Source: Methanomassiliicoccaceae archaeon UBA480 (GTDB lineage: Archaea; Thermoplasmatota; Thermoplasmata; Methanomassiliicoccales; Methanomethylophilaceae). Taken from it: a stretch of DNA of 64,000 nt. Each line of letters starts with the position of its first letter. Position 1 is the first letter of the stretch. Under the pieces are notes generated by a model that was not told the origin of the DNA, searched no databases, and saw nothing but the letters and a program-made list of their open reading frames with translations. The translations under genes were made by a program, and so were the position numbers. The DNA is taken from the NCBI GenBank assembly GCA_002506425.1, contig DAXO01000017.1:50817-114816 (forward strand), in the 5' to 3' direction. This document shows positions 60,585 to 64,000 of the stretch, one piece after another.

Positions 60585-61253
60585 TCGCTCCCCGTCCTTG
60601 GAACGGGGCTCGTACATGTTCTTCGGGGACGTCAGAGGCTGCGTCCAAACGGGATCCTTCTCCAACCTCTCTATGTCGATGGCCAGGTTGCGGAGGCTTC
60701 CTCCGTACGAGGGATCCGATGCGATCCTCCTGATAGTCTTGGAGTCCTTGCCCGAACGGGATTCGATCCCGGACATCCTGAGGGCGCCGTCCATGAGGTC
60801 GGCCGCTCTGATCAGAAGGGCCTGCGCCTCTCTGAGCATCGTCGCGCGGGTGGTCGCGTCCACACGGGCCCTGCGGGTGATCTCGTACCTGGCGGGTCTG
60901 GCCTCCGCGCCCTTGGCCGTGTAGCCGCAGCGTCTGCAGGCGCGGCTCATCTCCACCGTTCCTCCGTCGAGGGTGCGATTCCGGACCGATGACAGCTGGA
61001 ATCCGCATACTGGGCAGCATTCTCCTACGTCCTTCGAAGTGGATGCGTAGCTGATGTCCAGATTGATGATTCCATTCTCTATGCCTATACGTCTTATCCT
61101 CTCCGCTCCGATCCGGTACAGAGGGTCGACATAGGCCAGTTCGGCAGCTACGGATCTGCAGAGCTCCTGCTGGGAATGCATATGCGGAGTGCGGACGAGG
61201 CAGTCGTCGATGGCTCTCGCAACCTCCTCGTCGCGGGGGATCCTGTAGGCCAT
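60585..61253 (-). CDS. Hypothetical protein with Zn-finger motifs; ends at putative CGA stop
   Basis: CPVCG and CRRCGY; first in-frame CGA at 60585-87, standard stop at 60546. Confidence 0.7.
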
Positions 61254-61328
61254 ACGGAGCCTATAGAGCGCAGACGTATAAGCTTCGCTACTGACATCTC
61301 TTATATCGCGTGTGACATCTGCGCCCGA

Positions 61329-61414
<86 letters not shown>

Positions 61415-61491
61415 TTCGCTCCGTATCCGTTCCGGATTTCCGATTTGTGGATGCTCAAATTTCAAATAGAAGCACAGACGTGGCGAGTGGC

Positions 61492-61770
61492 ATGTCCGAT
61501 AAGGCAAACGAGTTCAAGGTTCAGCTCCTTGAAACATTCGCTTCTCTGATTACCGCGGCGTTCGGTCTCGTCGCCGCGCTCGCATGGAATGAGGCTATCA
61601 AGCAGGCCGTTGCGGCTGTTTTCGGATCCTCCGACGATCTCGCAGGACTCTGCGTCTATGCAATCATAGTCACGATTCTGGCTGTCGTCATGACTCTGCT
61701 GATCGCAAGGGCTCTCAACAATGCGAAGAAGGCCCTGCATCTGATGAATGCGGACGATAAGAAGGAGTGA
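61492..61770 (+). CDS. Small membrane protein, DUF5654-like
   Basis: LITAAFGLVAALAWNEAIK motif; two TM segments. Confidence 0.8.
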   Translation: MSDKANEFKVQLLETFASLITAAFGLVAALAWNEAIKQAVAAVFGSSDDLAGLCVYAIIVTILAVVMTLLIARALNNAKKALHLMNADDKKE

Positions 61771-61790
61771 TCCCTTCGGGGTCCGCTTCC

Positions 61791-62960
61791 TTAAAACCTC
61801 TTTCCCCTCTTTTTCCCGCGGTTGTTGACGTAGCTTATCAGACTCATGCCTGTGAGCTCCTCCGACTGAGGCCCTTTGCGGATGTAGAACAATTCGGTCT
61901 TTCCGTCCTTGAGGAACGCAGGCTTCGCGCATCTGTCCACTTTCACGCGTATGACGGTCTTGTCGCCGAAGTCGACCATGAAGAACGATATGCAGGGCAG
62001 GAATGCGGATCCGATCTGCGAGGACATCAGATTGCTCAGGTGGAGCCCCATCTTGTCCTTGTTTCCGAAGGATGCGACATCGGCGCCGATTATCTCTCCG
62101 TCATCGGCTACTCCGACGAGGAGATCCCCTCCCTCGGAGTTCAGGAAAGCCACTATCGTTTTGAGAACGGCCTTCTCCATCCTCTTGTCTGTCTCCCCTG
62201 TCTGGAGGTTGGTTCTCAGCGTGGATTTGAATTCGAGCCATTCGGACTCGCCTTCCTCTATCAGCCTGAGGATGTTGTTGCGCTGCATGTCGTCCATGCC
62301 GATGAACTCGGAATTCTCTTCAAGGAACGAGTTGACGATGCCTCCGAACAGATTCTTGCTGCGACGGAAGTCGTAGACGGCTCCGACGATGACCGATCCG
62401 AGAAGGACGGATGCCATCTCCACCATCATTCCGTCGGTATCCGGCATCACGTTCCTGTCGAGCGCCGTCTGCACGAGGTACTGGGCCATGCAGACCATGG
62501 TGTATGATGCCAGTGCTATGCACACGGAGATGAATGCCACGACGCGGCGGTTCTCATCCCTGATTCCAGGCATGGACTTCAGCAGGATGTACACCAGAAT
62601 CAATCCGAGGAGTCCCAGATTGATGCCGGTCATCGTGTGGCCTAGAGCCTCGAGGATGACGTTGTCTCCGTCCAGTCCGCGACTTGCCAGCGCGATGAAG
62701 AATGCGACGATGACCAGGACGATCATTTCGGGAGGGACGTGAATGCTCCTGCGATCCGTGAATATGGCGAGACCCAGGATGAACACCATCGGCAGCCCGA
62801 CGAGCGAATCGCCCGGGTCTCCGAAGAGCACACCGATGACGGTCAGCACGGAGATTGCGATGAATGCGATGTAGTAGAACGCCAGTGCGCCCCTTTTCAG
62901 ATGCAGCATCTGGCTCCCGGCCCGTGCCTTCCCGTCGTCGTCCATGAGGGTCGATTCCAT
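61791..62960 (-). CDS. Membrane protein with C-terminal Schlafen/AlbA_2-like domain
   Basis: About 6 TM helices then GESEWLEFKS, KTIVAFLNSEGGDLLVGVADDGEIIG. Confidence 0.8.
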   Translation of the reverse strand: MESTLMDDDGKARAGSQMLHLKRGALAFYYIAFIAISVLTVIGVLFGDPGDSLVGLPMVFILGLAIFTDRRSIHVPPEMIVLVIVAFFIALASRGLDGDNVILEALGHTMTGINLGLLGLILVYILLKSMPGIRDENRRVVAFISVCIALASYTMVCMAQYLVQTALDRNVMPDTDGMMVEMASVLLGSVIVGAVYDFRRSKNLFGGIVNSFLEENSEFIGMDDMQRNNILRLIEEGESEWLEFKSTLRTNLQTGETDKRMEKAVLKTIVAFLNSEGGDLLVGVADDGEIIGADVASFGNKDKMGLHLSNLMSSQIGSAFLPCISFFMVDFGDKTVIRVKVDRCAKPAFLKDGKTELFYIRKGPQSEELTGMSLISYVNNRGKKRGKRF

Positions 62961-63097
62961 CAAGACCGTATAATCGTGTCGATATGGAAGAATGCGGCGA
63001 TGCATGGATTCTCTCCGGAGAATCCTGCGTCTCATGCGCGACGCGCGCATCTATTATATAGGGCGGGCCGATTCGAACTTTTATAGGAGCAATATTC

Positions 63098-63682
63098 TTG
63101 CCTGGTCAAACCACAACACCGCATTCAAAGCCCGCCTCGCAGCCCAGACAGGGTCAGCAGAGGTCCGGCCAGTCAAAGCCCGTCAGGAGGGGCGCCCCCC
63201 AGCAGGGCAGGCCCGCATCCTCTCAGCCCAAAACGACGTCGTCCCAGCCCAGGCCTGCCCAGCAGCAGAGGCCCGCATCCTCTCAGCCCAGGCCCGCATC
63301 CCAGTCTGCCGGTTCCAGCGCGCCCGGACAGCCAAGGAGGAACAAGGTCGTCGTCAATCAGCCCCAGTCCGGCGGACAGTACGGTGACAAGAGCAGGAAG
63401 AACAAGCAGCAGAGGACGAAGGAGTCGACCAAGAGGCAGGCGATGCTCAACACGCACCGCATCAATCCGTTCAAATACGACATGAATCAGATTCTTGAAG
63501 CCTCCTCGATGGATCCCGCCAAAGCCTCCTCGTTCCTAGCCAGCGTTATCGCCAAGGCGTCCCGTGTTTCCACCAGGGATGCGAAGGATTTCGTCAAGAC
63601 GTTCCTCGATGCGGGGGACCTCACGAAGGACGAGACCGACAAGATCGGAAAGCTCCTGGACAAGTACAGCAGATATCGCTGA
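63098..63682 (+). CDS. Hypothetical protein with disordered Q/P/S-rich N-terminus and helical C-terminal domain
   Basis: TTG-start ORF with host-like codon usage; TATA-like tracts upstream. Confidence 0.7.
   Translation: MPGQTTTPHSKPASQPRQGQQRSGQSKPVRRGAPQQGRPASSQPKTTSSQPRPAQQQRPASSQPRPASQSAGSSAPGQPRRNKVVVNQPQSGGQYGDKSRKNKQQRTKESTKRQAMLNTHRINPFKYDMNQILEASSMDPAKASSFLASVIAKASRVSTRDAKDFVKTFLDAGDLTKDETDKIGKLLDKYSRYR
63209..63302 (+). repeat. Intragenic repeat AGGCCCGCATCCTCTCAGCCCA encoding RPASSQP
   Basis: Exact 22-nt copies at 63209 and 63269, partial copy at 63290. Confidence 0.8.
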
Positions 63683-63691
63683 GGCCCGGTC

Positions 63692-64000
63692 ATGAGAGGC
63701 GTCGAGCTCGTCACAGGCAGGGTCTTCGTGCTCCGTCTTGAGGAGGGCGAGATCCTCCACGAGGCCATAGAATCGTTCTGCACGGAGCACGGGATAGCAG
63801 GCGCTGCGGTCTCCATGACCGGTGCTGTAGCTCCTGGTTCCATCATGGTCAGCGGTCCGGCGACGCCGGTGGGGGATAGGATAGAGCCTCTTCTCATCAC
63901 TTTGGACGAGCCATGCGAGCTGACCGGTTCCGGCACGGTGTTTCCGGATGACAACGGAAAGCCCACAGTCCACATCCACGGCTCTGTGGGAAGGAAGGGC
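63692..64000 (+). CDS. PPC/DUF296 domain protein, 3'-truncated by window edge
   Basis: MRGVELVTGRVFVLRLEEGEILHEAIESF...ELTGSGTV...VHIHGSVG. Confidence 0.85.
   Translation, partial: MRGVELVTGRVFVLRLEEGEILHEAIESFCTEHGIAGAAVSMTGAVAPGSIMVSGPATPVGDRIEPLLITLDEPCELTGSGTVFPDDNGKPTVHIHGSVGRKG

Overview
Gene-dense, GC-rich archaeal chromosome segment that looks like a Methanomassiliicoccales (Thermoplasmata) methanogen: an fpoABCDHIJJKLMN operon without fpoF/O, methanogenesis marker 11, carS, nop5, aIF5A, smc-scpAB, an AMP-salvage operon with RuBisCO, and 4 tRNAs. The main observation is that CGA, normally Arg, appears to act as a stop codon. Fifteen genes that run on under the standard code have an in-frame CGA where the protein should end. 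These CGAs sit in typical stop-codon geometries: CGATG stop/start overlaps, back-to-back with the stop of a convergent gene, and aligned with the TAA of a paralog. I found no internal CGA in the seven genes I read codon by codon, while all other Arg codons are used. No gene ends in TAG. My manual tally of gene ends is about 47 TGA, 4 TAA, 15 CGA, 0 TAG. This suggests a variant genetic code, or else C-to-U editing or termination at an unassigned codon; a systematic T>C sequence artefact remains to be excluded. CDS coordinates below use the CGA ends where noted.
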